Below, piece by piece: positions 8,483 through 16,419 of a stretch of DNA of 36,311 nt. The DNA is from Actinomycetota bacterium. GTDB lineage: Bacteria > Actinomycetota > Actinomycetes > S36-B12 > UBA10799. The translations under genes and the position numbers were made by a program. Location: the NCBI GenBank assembly GCA_030837445.1, contig JAUPKM010000286.1, forward strand, positions 1 through 36,311, written 5' to 3'. Position 1 is the stretch's first letter. Every line of letters starts with the position of its first letter. Under the pieces are notes generated by a model, which did no database searches, was not told where the DNA came from, and saw only the letters and a program-made list of their open reading frames with translations.

Positions 8483-9365
8483 AGAAACTCCTGAACGTGG
8501 GCAGGTTGGCGAGCACCATCGCCGACATGATCAGGAGCATCGCTCCCGGCATGATGGTCAGGGTCACCACGAGGCTGACCTTCGGGCCGGCCTTCGCCGC
8601 CTTCTGGCGGGCCTCTTGGGCGGATTCGCGGCGGACCTCCGCGGCGATGTCCATCAGGGCCTTGGCCAGCGGCGTCCCGAGTTCCTCCGCCTGGAGCATC
8701 GCGCTGACGAAGGAGCTGAGGGACGGAACGTCGTTGCGGTCGCGCAGGGCGGTGAAAGCCGCGCGCCGGCTCATGCCGTACCGCAGGTCGTTGAGGGTGC
8801 GGCGGATCTCCTGCCCGAGCGCGCCGTCGTCCCGTTCGACAGTCCGTTCCAGGGCGGTCTGCAAGGCGAGACCCGCGCTGACGGTGACGGCGAGGATGTC
8901 GAGCATGTCGGGCAGTTGCCGGGCGATGTCATCCCGCCGGCGGCTCATCAGCGTGCGCAGCCAGATGTCCATCCAGAAGGTGCAGAGGACGACGGTCGGG
9001 ACGGCGAGGAAGGTCCTCCCCAGCAGCCACAGGACGATGCCGACGATCGCCCCGAAGACGGTGAACCCGGCCTTGCGGCGCAGGAACGTGCGGTCCGTCA
9101 TTCCCTCCGGTCGACCGGCGCGGGCCAGCTTGTCGTCGAGTTTCCTGCGGCGTTGCGGGCCGTAGAGGCTGAGCAGGAGCCGCTGGGCCCCGAGGCCCAG
9201 GCCGTCGAGGAACCGAGCGGTCAGGGGCGGTCGCGCCGGGGCCGCAGAGTCGTCGGCGAAGGAGGCTGCGACGGCCTCGAGGCGGGACGAGCGCAGCAAC
9301 GCGACGCCGGCGACAAGCACGGCTAGGGACACCGCCGCGAGCACGGCCATGATGACGACGGGCAT
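8475..9365 (-). CDS. tadC: Tad pilus inner-membrane platform protein TadC (T2SS-F family)
   Basis: MPVVIMAVLAAVSLAVLVAG... with a T2SSF-like core (LPDMLDILAVTVSAGLALQTAL ... LGTPLAKALMDIA). ATGA overlap with the tadB stop at 9365. The 629-aa track ORF N-terminus is Arg/Pro-rich out-of-context reading over tadB. Confidence 0.8.
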   Translation of the reverse strand: MPVVIMAVLAAVSLAVLVAGVALLRSSRLEAVAASFADDSAAPARPPLTARFLDGLGLGAQRLLLSLYGPQRRRKLDDKLARAGRPEGMTDRTFLRRKAGFTVFGAIVGIVLWLLGRTFLAVPTVVLCTFWMDIWLRTLMSRRRDDIARQLPDMLDILAVTVSAGLALQTALERTVERDDGALGQEIRRTLNDLRYGMSRRAAFTALRDRNDVPSLSSFVSAMLQAEELGTPLAKALMDIAAEVRRESAQEARQKAAKAGPKVSLVVTLTIMPGAMLLIMSAMVLANLPTFRSFFG

Positions 9366-10291
9366 CAGACCTCGATCCTGGTCATTCGCTTGATCACTAC
9401 GAAACCGGTGAGGAACAGGGTGAGGGACACGGCGAGCACCAGCCGTCCGATCAGAGTCCCGGCCAGCTGGTCGAGCGCGCCGGGGCTGAGCAGGTTCATC
9501 ACCAGGACGGCGACCACGCCGATCCCGGTGACGGCGTAGCCGCTGAAGATGGCGCCCGACACTGCCGTCCTGACCTCCCGGCGCAGTTCCTTGCGCAGTT
9601 CGAGGGCGTTGGCGATGTTGATCAGGGCGGATACCAGGGCCCCTCCGGAGCGGCTCTGGATCACGAGGGTCTGGACGAGGACGGACAGCTCCCGGGACGG
9701 CAGCCGTTCGACGAGTTCCTCCAACGCCTGGTCCAGGCTGCGGCCGAGGCTCAGCTGGTTCGACACGGTCCTCAGCTCGGTTCCGGCCGGGTCCTCGAGC
9801 TCGCGGGACGCCATCCCGATCGCCGACGGCAGGGCGAGTCCCGCCGAAGCCGCGTTCGACAGCACCCTCGCGACGTCGGGCAGTTGGCTGACGAAGGCCT
9901 CCAGGCGCTTCTGCCGCCGGCTCTCGATCCAGCGGTTGGCGCCCCACCAGACGGCGGCCACGAAGACGAGACCGCCGAGGATGCCGAGCAGCTTCTGGAG
10001 AAGAACCGCTCCGGCCACCCCGATCGCCAGGACCCCGGCGATGTAGTCCAGGGCGTTCCACGTCGTCCCGGCCCCGCGCAGGCGCCGTTGGACCGGCCTG
10101 CCGAACCTGCTGCGGTTCACGGCGCCGGAGAGGGAGCCGTACCAGCGCCGGAGCACCCCGGGGCGGGCCGCTCCGGCTCCGAACTCGCGGAGCTGGCGTT
10201 CCCTGGCAGCGTTGTCGATCAGGATCACCAAGGCGACCAGGACGACGCCGAGAGTGGCCATCAGCTCGACGACGATCAGTACGGAGGTCAT
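9365..10291 (-). CDS. tadB: Tad pilus inner-membrane platform protein TadB (T2SS-F family)
   Basis: 308 aa with TM segments and a T2SSF core (LPDVARVLSNAASAGLALPSAI ... GGALVSALINIA). ATGA overlap with the tadA stop. Confidence 0.85.
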   Translation of the reverse strand: MTSVLIVVELMATLGVVLVALVILIDNAARERQLREFGAGAARPGVLRRWYGSLSGAVNRSRFGRPVQRRLRGAGTTWNALDYIAGVLAIGVAGAVLLQKLLGILGGLVFVAAVWWGANRWIESRRQKRLEAFVSQLPDVARVLSNAASAGLALPSAIGMASRELEDPAGTELRTVSNQLSLGRSLDQALEELVERLPSRELSVLVQTLVIQSRSGGALVSALINIANALELRKELRREVRTAVSGAIFSGYAVTGIGVVAVLVMNLLSPGALDQLAGTLIGRLVLAVSLTLFLTGFVVIKRMTRIEV

Positions 10292-11700
10292 GCCAGCCCC
10301 GCCTGACCGTGGCCGGGGAACGGACCGTACCCGGGGACCGAACCCTTGGCTGAGTACGAACCACTCGCTGGATACGAACCGTTGGCCGAGTAGGAACCGG
10401 CCGGTGGGTAGGAGGCGAAGGCCACGGGCACGGTCTCCCCGCTGAGCAGCAGCCGGTTCTGGATCTCCTCCGGAAGCGGGTACTGGACGAACTGTCCGCG
10501 GACGATCCGGTCGGCGCCGACTGGCTCGGCCTCGAACCGCATCATCGGCACCAGCTCATAGGGCTCACGCCGCCGGGAGACGAGCGCTGAGACGTCGACG
10601 ACCCGCCGGGTCCCGTCCATACCCCGGGCGAGCTGGACGACGATGTCGACGGCCGAGTTGATCTGGTCACGGATCGTGTCGACGGGGAGGTTGAGCTCGC
10701 TCATCGAGGCCAGGGTCTCCAGGCGGCCCATCGCGTCGAGCGCCGAGTTGGCGTGCACCGTGGAAAGGGAGCCCTCGTGCCCGGTGTTCATCGCCTGGAG
10801 CATGTCCAGGGCCTCCCCGCCTCGGACCTCACCGACCACGATCCGGTCCGGCCGCATTCTCAGCGCGTTGCGGACGAGGTCGCGGATGGTGATGGCACCG
10901 CTGCCCTCGACGTTGGCCGGGCGCGACTCGAGCCGGACGACGTGCTCCTGCTGGAGGGACAGCTCGGCGGAGTCCTCGACGGTGACGATGCGTTCCCGGG
11001 CGGGGACGAGGGCGGACAGGGCGTTGAGCAGCGTGGTCTTCCCGGTGCCGGTACCGCCGGAGACGATCACGCTGAGCCGGGCACGTACGCAGGCGCTGAG
11101 CAGCATCACGGTGAGCTCGTCGATCGAGCCACGCTCGACGAGCTCGGGCAGCCGGAAGGGGCGGGGGAACCGGCGGATCGTGAGCGTCGGACCGTTGAGC
11201 GCCAGGGGCGGGATGATGACGTTGACCCGCTCCCCTGTCGACAACCTCGCGTCCACCATCGGGCTGGACTCGTCGACGCGCCGGTTCACCCGGGAGACGA
11301 TCCGGTCGATCGTCTGCATCAGGTGCTCGGTGGAGGCGAAGGCGGTGTGGTGCCGTTCCACCCGGCCGTGACGCTCGACGAACACGTCGTGCGGGCCGTT
11401 GACCATGATCTCGGTGATGCTGCTGTCGGCCAGGAGCGGCTCCAGCACGCCGAGGCCGAGGGCCTCGTCCACCACGCGGCGGATGAACACGGTCCGCTCG
11501 CGGTCCGACATCACCGGACCGTCGATCGAGAGGATCTCGCCGAGTTTGCGCTCCAGGCGTGCCCGGCGCTGCACCTCGCTCAGCCCGTGCAGGCCGTCAC
11601 GGTCGATCTCGGCGAGGAGCCGTTCGAGGTAGACGGAGACGAGGTTGACCGGTTCGCCGCGCTGCGAGCCCTCGTGACTCGCCCGGTCCCTGAGCGCCAT
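10288..11700 (-). CDS. tadA: CpaF/TadA secretion ATPase with a Tyr/Ser/Gly-rich C-terminal tail
   Basis: Walker A VSGGTGTGKTTLLNAL, Asp/His boxes (TVEDSAEL, RMRPDRIVVGEVRG, TGHEGSLSTVHA). ATG 11700 forms an ATGA overlap with the upstream TadE-like gene. Confidence 0.9.
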   Translation of the reverse strand: MALRDRASHEGSQRGEPVNLVSVYLERLLAEIDRDGLHGLSEVQRRARLERKLGEILSIDGPVMSDRERTVFIRRVVDEALGLGVLEPLLADSSITEIMVNGPHDVFVERHGRVERHHTAFASTEHLMQTIDRIVSRVNRRVDESSPMVDARLSTGERVNVIIPPLALNGPTLTIRRFPRPFRLPELVERGSIDELTVMLLSACVRARLSVIVSGGTGTGKTTLLNALSALVPARERIVTVEDSAELSLQQEHVVRLESRPANVEGSGAITIRDLVRNALRMRPDRIVVGEVRGGEALDMLQAMNTGHEGSLSTVHANSALDAMGRLETLASMSELNLPVDTIRDQINSAVDIVVQLARGMDGTRRVVDVSALVSRRREPYELVPMMRFEAEPVGADRIVRGQFVQYPLPEEIQNRLLLSGETVPVAFASYPPAGSYSANGSYPASGSYSAKGSVPGYGPFPGHGQAGLA

Positions 11701-12098
11701 CAGCTGGCCGCCGGAACGCTCGGCGCCGGGAAGTCGGCGCTCCTTGTGATGGTGATCTGGCTCAGCTCGACCACCCCGGGGAATCCCAGCGGGACCGAGA
11801 CCTCGACCGTGCTGCAGATCCCCGCGCATCCGGGGGCCGCACCGATGTCCACCCGCTTGACGTCGATCCAGTCGGGCAGCAGGGCCTGGGCGGCGGCCAC
11901 CCCGTCACCTCCACGAGAGGCCTCCCGCGCGGCGTCCCGGGCGGCCTTGCTCGTGTCCTCCACTGCCGAGGCCACCAGCAGGCCCTCGACCAGCAGGACC
12001 ACGACCACGATCAGGATCGGCAAGATCCCCACGAGCTCGATCGAGATACTGCCGCGGTCACGCCAGGCTTCGCGGTCACACCGGTGACGTCGTGTCAT
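11700..12098 (-). CDS. TadE-like pseudopilin
   Basis: 132 aa with RDRG|SISIELVGILPILIVVVVLLV (TadE-type processing motif + hydrophobic helix). ATGA overlaps at both ends. Confidence 0.75.
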   Translation of the reverse strand: MTRRHRCDREAWRDRGSISIELVGILPILIVVVVLLVEGLLVASAVEDTSKAARDAAREASRGGDGVAAAQALLPDWIDVKRVDIGAAPGCAGICSTVEVSVPLGFPGVVELSQITITRSADFPAPSVPAAS

Positions 12099-13672
12099 GG
12101 CCCCTCCTCGACCACGGCCGCCTCGGCGACGACCTCAAGCGCGTCGGCCAGACCGGGTGCCAGGGCGGGTGTCCCGACCCGGACCCGGACGGTCGCGGCA
12201 TCCGGGCGGCTCACCGTGAAGTCGTCGTCCCAGCCCGCCGGAAGGGCCTGCCGGACGATGTCGTCGAGCGACGTCCGCGCGGCACCCGACGAGTACGCGC
12301 TGACCGCCGCGGTGCGTGCCGCCTCGTCGGCGGCGTGCCGCGCGATCAGGTGCGTCGTCCCCCACAGCAGCATCTGGGCGGCGACCACGCCGAGCAGGCA
12401 CATGACGGCGACGAGGAACGGCAGTTCGATCGTCACCTGCCCGGAGTCGGTCCGTGTCCGGCTGCGGCGGCCCCTGCCCCCGGCGCCCGTCACACTCTTC
12501 GCACCCGGCTGACCCGGCTGGCCGCGGGTGGGTTCCCCGATCAGTCGCAGGGTGCGGGCAACGGCGTCCAGAGCGGCGTGGACCGGGCCGGGCCGCCCTT
12601 CGAGCAGGCCGGTGTTCAGCTGGCTCTCCAGCTTGAAGAAGCTGGCCGGGATCTGCCCCACGATGTGCAGGGGCACGATCTGCTCGGCGAGATCGGCCTG
12701 GACCTCGGCGCGGCGGCTGGTCCGGTTGAGCACGAGATGGACGTGCTCGGACGCGCGGATGCTCAATCTGCGCCACGACTCCACCGACCGCCGGGCCGCG
12801 CGGAGCGACACGACATCTGTGGTCGCCACCAGCAGGACGTCGTCGGCGACCTCCAGCGCCATCGCGGTGGTGTCGTCCAGGCGGGACCCGCAGTCGACGA
12901 CGATCAGGTCGAACTGCATGCGCAGCTGGGCGAGGATCTGGCGGACGGCAGGTGCCGTCACCTCGTCCGCCTGCTCGACGTCGTCCGGGGCGAGCACGAG
13001 GCTCAGGCCGGAGGGGTGGTCGGCGACCACCTCGCGGACGGACCGGTTGGTCAGCTCCCGTGACACCTCGGCGAGGTCGGCCACGGAACGGCGAGCGACG
13101 ACATTGGTGTAGGCGGCGACCGATCCGTTGCGCAGGTCGAGGTCGACGAGGACGACGCTGCGGGTCGGCCGCACGCAGTGCGAAGCGAGCAAGGTGGCGA
13201 GGACCGTCGTCCCGACCCCGCCCTTGGCGCCGGCAACGGCGACCACCCGGCCCCGGGTCCCCGACGACAAGCCGGTGCCCCGGATGTGCTCGCGCAGCGA
13301 GGCGCTCCACTCGGCCGCGCTGATCACGCTCGCCTTCACGCCCTCGACCGACAGGGGCTGGGCGATCACCGACCTCGCTCCGGAGATCATGGCTTGGGCG
13401 AGGACCTCGGGCCGTCCCGGCAAGGCGATCCAGACCACGGCCAGGAACGGGCGGATCCCCACCAGATCCCGGGTGAGCGCGTCGGCCGCGATGGCGGTCA
13501 TCGACTCGTCGAGGATCAGGACGTCGACGTCGTCACGGTCGGCTGCCTGCGCGGCGAGATGGGGATCGGTCACGACATCGACCAGATCGATGTCGGGGGC
13601 TTCCAGCAGGACCGTCGCGAACCGGTCTTTCAGGACCGGTGACTCGCTGACCAGAACCACACGCGCGGCCAT
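12095..13672 (-). CDS. cpaE: CpaE/TadZ-like (Ssd-type) ParA/MinD-family ATPase with a receiver-like N-domain, continuous in frame with a C-terminal TadE-like module
   Basis: N-terminal MAARVVLVSESPVLKD...DVLILDE (pseudo-receiver) and deviant Walker A VVAVAGAKGGVGTT. A GxG/Arg-rich linker follows, then DSG|QVTIELPFLVAVMCLLGVVAAQ (TadE-like). An in-frame GTG at 12493 could start a separate 132-aa product. Confidence 0.75.
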   Translation of the reverse strand: MAARVVLVSESPVLKDRFATVLLEAPDIDLVDVVTDPHLAAQAADRDDVDVLILDESMTAIAADALTRDLVGIRPFLAVVWIALPGRPEVLAQAMISGARSVIAQPLSVEGVKASVISAAEWSASLREHIRGTGLSSGTRGRVVAVAGAKGGVGTTVLATLLASHCVRPTRSVVLVDLDLRNGSVAAYTNVVARRSVADLAEVSRELTNRSVREVVADHPSGLSLVLAPDDVEQADEVTAPAVRQILAQLRMQFDLIVVDCGSRLDDTTAMALEVADDVLLVATTDVVSLRAARRSVESWRRLSIRASEHVHLVLNRTSRRAEVQADLAEQIVPLHIVGQIPASFFKLESQLNTGLLEGRPGPVHAALDAVARTLRLIGEPTRGQPGQPGAKSVTGAGGRGRRSRTRTDSGQVTIELPFLVAVMCLLGVVAAQMLLWGTTHLIARHAADEAARTAAVSAYSSGAARTSLDDIVRQALPAGWDDDFTVSRPDAATVRVRVGTPALAPGLADALEVVAEAAVVEEGP

Positions 13673-14490
13673 CAGCCCTCCGCCCCCTTCGTCGGGGAGG
13701 TCTTGGTCTTCTTCGCCGCCGAGGAGGTCTTCTTCGCCGGCTGGGGGACGGCGGCCGGAACCCTGGCGGCGGCCGGTGCGGGATACACGCCCGTTCCCGG
13801 CACCACGGCGGTCGTGTCACCGCCACCGCGCAAGGCCAGCCGGACCTTCACCGCGAAACTCTCGGCGTAGGCGACCTTCAAGGCGTCCTGGATCGGCAGG
13901 GCGAAGGTCACCGGAACGGCCTTGCCGGAACCGCTTCCGAACGAATCCGAACCGCTGCGCCGGGAAACGGTCTCCGGAAGGCCGACCTCGATGATCAGGG
14001 CGTTGGACACCCATACCTCGGCCGTCCGCTGTGTCTCGGACGGCGTCTGCTGGGTCTTCTCCGCGTCCCGGGTGACCAGGATGTCGACCCGGCTACCAGA
14101 GGCGATCTTGCCGGCCACTCCGGTCTCCGCGTCGACGAGGATCGCCACCTCGCGATAACCCCGGCCGATGCCGGGCCGGTCGACGAACATCCCCCGCTGG
14201 GCGTAGGTGCCGGTGGGGAGGTCATTCGTCGGCACGAGCCCGATCACGTCACGGGCGTCGGTGATCGCCGATTCGGGCAACCACTTCACCGGGACGTCGC
14301 GGAGCTCGACCATGTCGCTGCTGATCACCTGATAGGCACGCACCGGTTTGACCAGCGCGACCACCGAGGTCAAGTTGCCGACCTTGGCGTTGACGTCGCC
14401 GACAAACGTGACGACGGAGAAGAAGACGCTCAACGCGCCGATGGCCGCCAGGGCGATCAGTAAATAGCCGCGTCGCTGTCGAGGATTCAC
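13672..14490 (-). CDS. cpaB: Flp pilus assembly protein CpaB/RcpC (SAF-domain)
   Basis: N-terminal TM RRGYLLIALAAIGALSVFFSVV, a SAF-like segment (VVALVKPVRAYQVISSDMVELRDVP) and GSRVDILVT. The GTG 14490 start forms a GTGA overlap with the upstream ORF. Lys-rich tail. Confidence 0.75.
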   Translation of the reverse strand: MNPRQRRGYLLIALAAIGALSVFFSVVTFVGDVNAKVGNLTSVVALVKPVRAYQVISSDMVELRDVPVKWLPESAITDARDVIGLVPTNDLPTGTYAQRGMFVDRPGIGRGYREVAILVDAETGVAGKIASGSRVDILVTRDAEKTQQTPSETQRTAEVWVSNALIIEVGLPETVSRRSGSDSFGSGSGKAVPVTFALPIQDALKVAYAESFAVKVRLALRGGGDTTAVVPGTGVYPAPAAARVPAAVPQPAKKTSSAAKKTKTSPTKGAEG

Positions 14491-15395
14491 CGGACGGCGC
14501 TCCCGATCGAGTGGGCAGGGTCGCCGTGGGACATCAACTGTGTCCAGGCGGAGGACATTGCTGCGCCAGGAGGCGCAGCCGCAACGACAGGCGAAGTCTG
14601 GGACACCTGAGACGGGGGAACCGGGGTGATACCGCAGAAGGGACACACCGGTGCGGAAACGACGTTTCCGCACCACGAGCAGGGAACGACCCGGACCGTG
14701 GTCCGCAAGTGCTGCGCCAGTTCGTCGAACGTCGCGGGAACGGCAGTCGCCTCGGCCCACCGCCGCGCGCCCCGGAAGGGCCGCTCGACGGATCCGGTCC
14801 GGAAGAACTGCCGCGCGGGGTTGACCTGTTCGAGATCACGACGCCACCGCTCGGACGTCGGATCGTCCGCCGAGGCGGTCACGACAACCGCCGAATCCTT
14901 ACGGTCCCAGACCGAGGGGGTCCAATTCATCCGGACGACGCCACCTTTGTCGCCACGTCCTCCGTCATCGAGGCCCCTGGTATCGAGGCCGAACCGGATG
15001 CCGGGGATCCGGCTGAAAGCGTGTTGAACCACCGACGGCGCCGGATCCTCCAGCTGATGCACGCTGTCCACCACCGCCACCGTCGGACAGGCCGCGGTCA
15101 CCCCGGCAGCGAGGGCTGTGAGGGTGCCGGGCGGGAAGCCACCGACCCGAAGGACCGAAGCAACAACAGGGATCACCGTGGGCCGGAGAGACAGGTGAAC
15201 CATCCGGACATCCGGGCGGATACCCGCCCGTAGATACCGACGAAGCTGGACACCACCTTGTCCCGTCGACGACGTGGTACAGACGAGTGTCCCCGGAGGC
15301 ATGCCCTCCAGCAGACGGAGCAGTTCCTCCGAAGCGGATGGCAGGATGAGGCCACCGGGCACCTGCGGATCTGCGCACGCGAAGACCACCGACAT
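14487..15395 (-). CDS. Hypothetical protein with a C-terminal CxxC...CxxC zinc ribbon; first gene of the tad operon
   Basis: 302-aa ORF with CSWCGNVVSAPVCPFCG near the C-terminus. The stop overlaps the cpaB start. I recognise no family. Confidence 0.5.
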   Translation of the reverse strand: MSVVFACADPQVPGGLILPSASEELLRLLEGMPPGTLVCTTSSTGQGGVQLRRYLRAGIRPDVRMVHLSLRPTVIPVVASVLRVGGFPPGTLTALAAGVTAACPTVAVVDSVHQLEDPAPSVVQHAFSRIPGIRFGLDTRGLDDGGRGDKGGVVRMNWTPSVWDRKDSAVVVTASADDPTSERWRRDLEQVNPARQFFRTGSVERPFRGARRWAEATAVPATFDELAQHLRTTVRVVPCSWCGNVVSAPVCPFCGITPVPPSQVSQTSPVVAAAPPGAAMSSAWTQLMSHGDPAHSIGSAVR

Positions 15396-15572
15396 CCGTT
15401 GAGCCTTTCCCCATCAGGCCCGAACGGGCTCGGAACTGGTGACTTTCCCTCAGGTCCCCGGCTGCCCAGGGCAGGTCCATCTGGCAGGCTTCGAGTAAAC
15501 ACCGGCAGCACCACCCGGCGTGGCTCAATGAAACAATTGTTGATGACTGCTTAACGTAGGGGAAGGTCGACG

Positions 15573-15923
15573 TTGACCGTGTATGGTCCAGGTTCCCGAC
15601 AACTGTTCCGTAACGGACAGTACGTGGCGCCTCTTGTCATTGCGGAAACATCTCGCGAACGACGGAAGGGTTTGCTGGGCAGCGATCGGCTCGAGGGTGC
15701 TTTGTGGCTCCAGCCCTGCTCATCGGTGCATTGCGTCGGTATGCGTTACACGATCGACGTGGCCTTGCTCAACCGGCACGGGAAGGTGTTACGGGTCAAA
15801 ACACTCCGGCCGGGCAGAATGACCCTTCCATCCCTCCGTGTCCGGATCGTCGTCGAGGCCCCTGCCGGAGCCTTCGTGGAGTGGGGCATCCATCCAGGGG
15901 ATCTGCTGTCGATCGGACACTGA
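15573..15923 (+). CDS. DUF192-domain protein, divergent from the tad operon
   Basis: 116 aa (TTG start, GGGGAAGG RBS). It fits the DUF192 pattern: IAETSRERRKGLLG..., VHCVGMRYTIDVALLNRHGKV, VVEAPAGAF. Confidence 0.7.
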   Translation: MTVYGPGSRQLFRNGQYVAPLVIAETSRERRKGLLGSDRLEGALWLQPCSSVHCVGMRYTIDVALLNRHGKVLRVKTLRPGRMTLPSLRVRIVVEAPAGAFVEWGIHPGDLLSIGH

Positions 15924-15960
15924 ACGAGAAAACCTGTCATCCTTAACGATCCGACCACTC

Positions 15961-16419
15961 CTAGAACATCAGACCCGTGACGACTGCGGCGGACCCCGTT
16001 GTCAAGAAGATCACAGTGAAGAACCCCCAGTAAAGGACACCACGCCAGATCGCCGGTTTTCTCAGAGCAAAAAACCTTTCCGGATCTTTGGGGTCATACC
16101 AGGCACGCATCTCACGGCCGATCCAGTCTTTGTCGAAAAAGAACGGCACCTCTTTGGTCCAGCCGGCGAACTGGCTCTCGTCGGCAGTTGTCAGGACAAC
16201 ATAGGCATTATACTCATAGTGGCCCGCACTGTCACTGCTATCACCTACCAAGATCGCCTTTACATCCAGAACCCTTGCCCATCCTTCGACCCACCTCACC
16301 TTCCTGATAATCATCTTGATGGTTTCTGTAAAGATCTTAATTAAAGACCAGATGCCGATGCAACAGAATACTGCGCCAGCCAACACCATAATGTCGACAT
16401 GCGTCACCCAGGAATCCAT
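15961..16419 (-). CDS. DUF3592-like two-TM membrane protein (partner S1 of Flp-fusion protein 1)
   Basis: 152 aa with architecture TM - VRWVEGWARVLDV...AWYDPKDPERF - TM. The ATG directly abuts the TAG of the upstream gene (TAGATG). GC is only about 43-48% on three hand-counted lines. Confidence 0.7.
   Translation of the reverse strand: MDSWVTHVDIMVLAGAVFCCIGIWSLIKIFTETIKMIIRKVRWVEGWARVLDVKAILVGDSSDSAGHYEYNAYVVLTTADESQFAGWTKEVPFFFDKDWIGREMRAWYDPKDPERFFALRKPAIWRGVLYWGFFTVIFLTTGSAAVVTGLMF

Noticed and set aside
9366-10364. The N-terminal about 330 aa of the 629-aa track ORF 8475..10364, read as a giant TadC
   Set aside because: That part is Arg/Pro/Gly-rich, lies out of frame over the well-supported tadB gene, and precedes an internal ATG (9365) that forms an ATGA overlap with the tadB stop. 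TadC is called as 8475..9365.
5818-12087. Long plus-strand ORFs (for example 5818..7383, 7532..8494, 7734..9326, 10753..12087; also 12092..13063, 19772..21235, 21390..22862, 26598..27758, 34687..36111) that could be read as large genes
   Set aside because: Their translations are Arg/Pro/Gly/Asp-rich low-complexity strings typical of antisense or off-frame reading of high-GC DNA. Each is fully covered by a minus-strand ORF with clear family motifs (tad genes, kinase, DUF21, HD/kinase).
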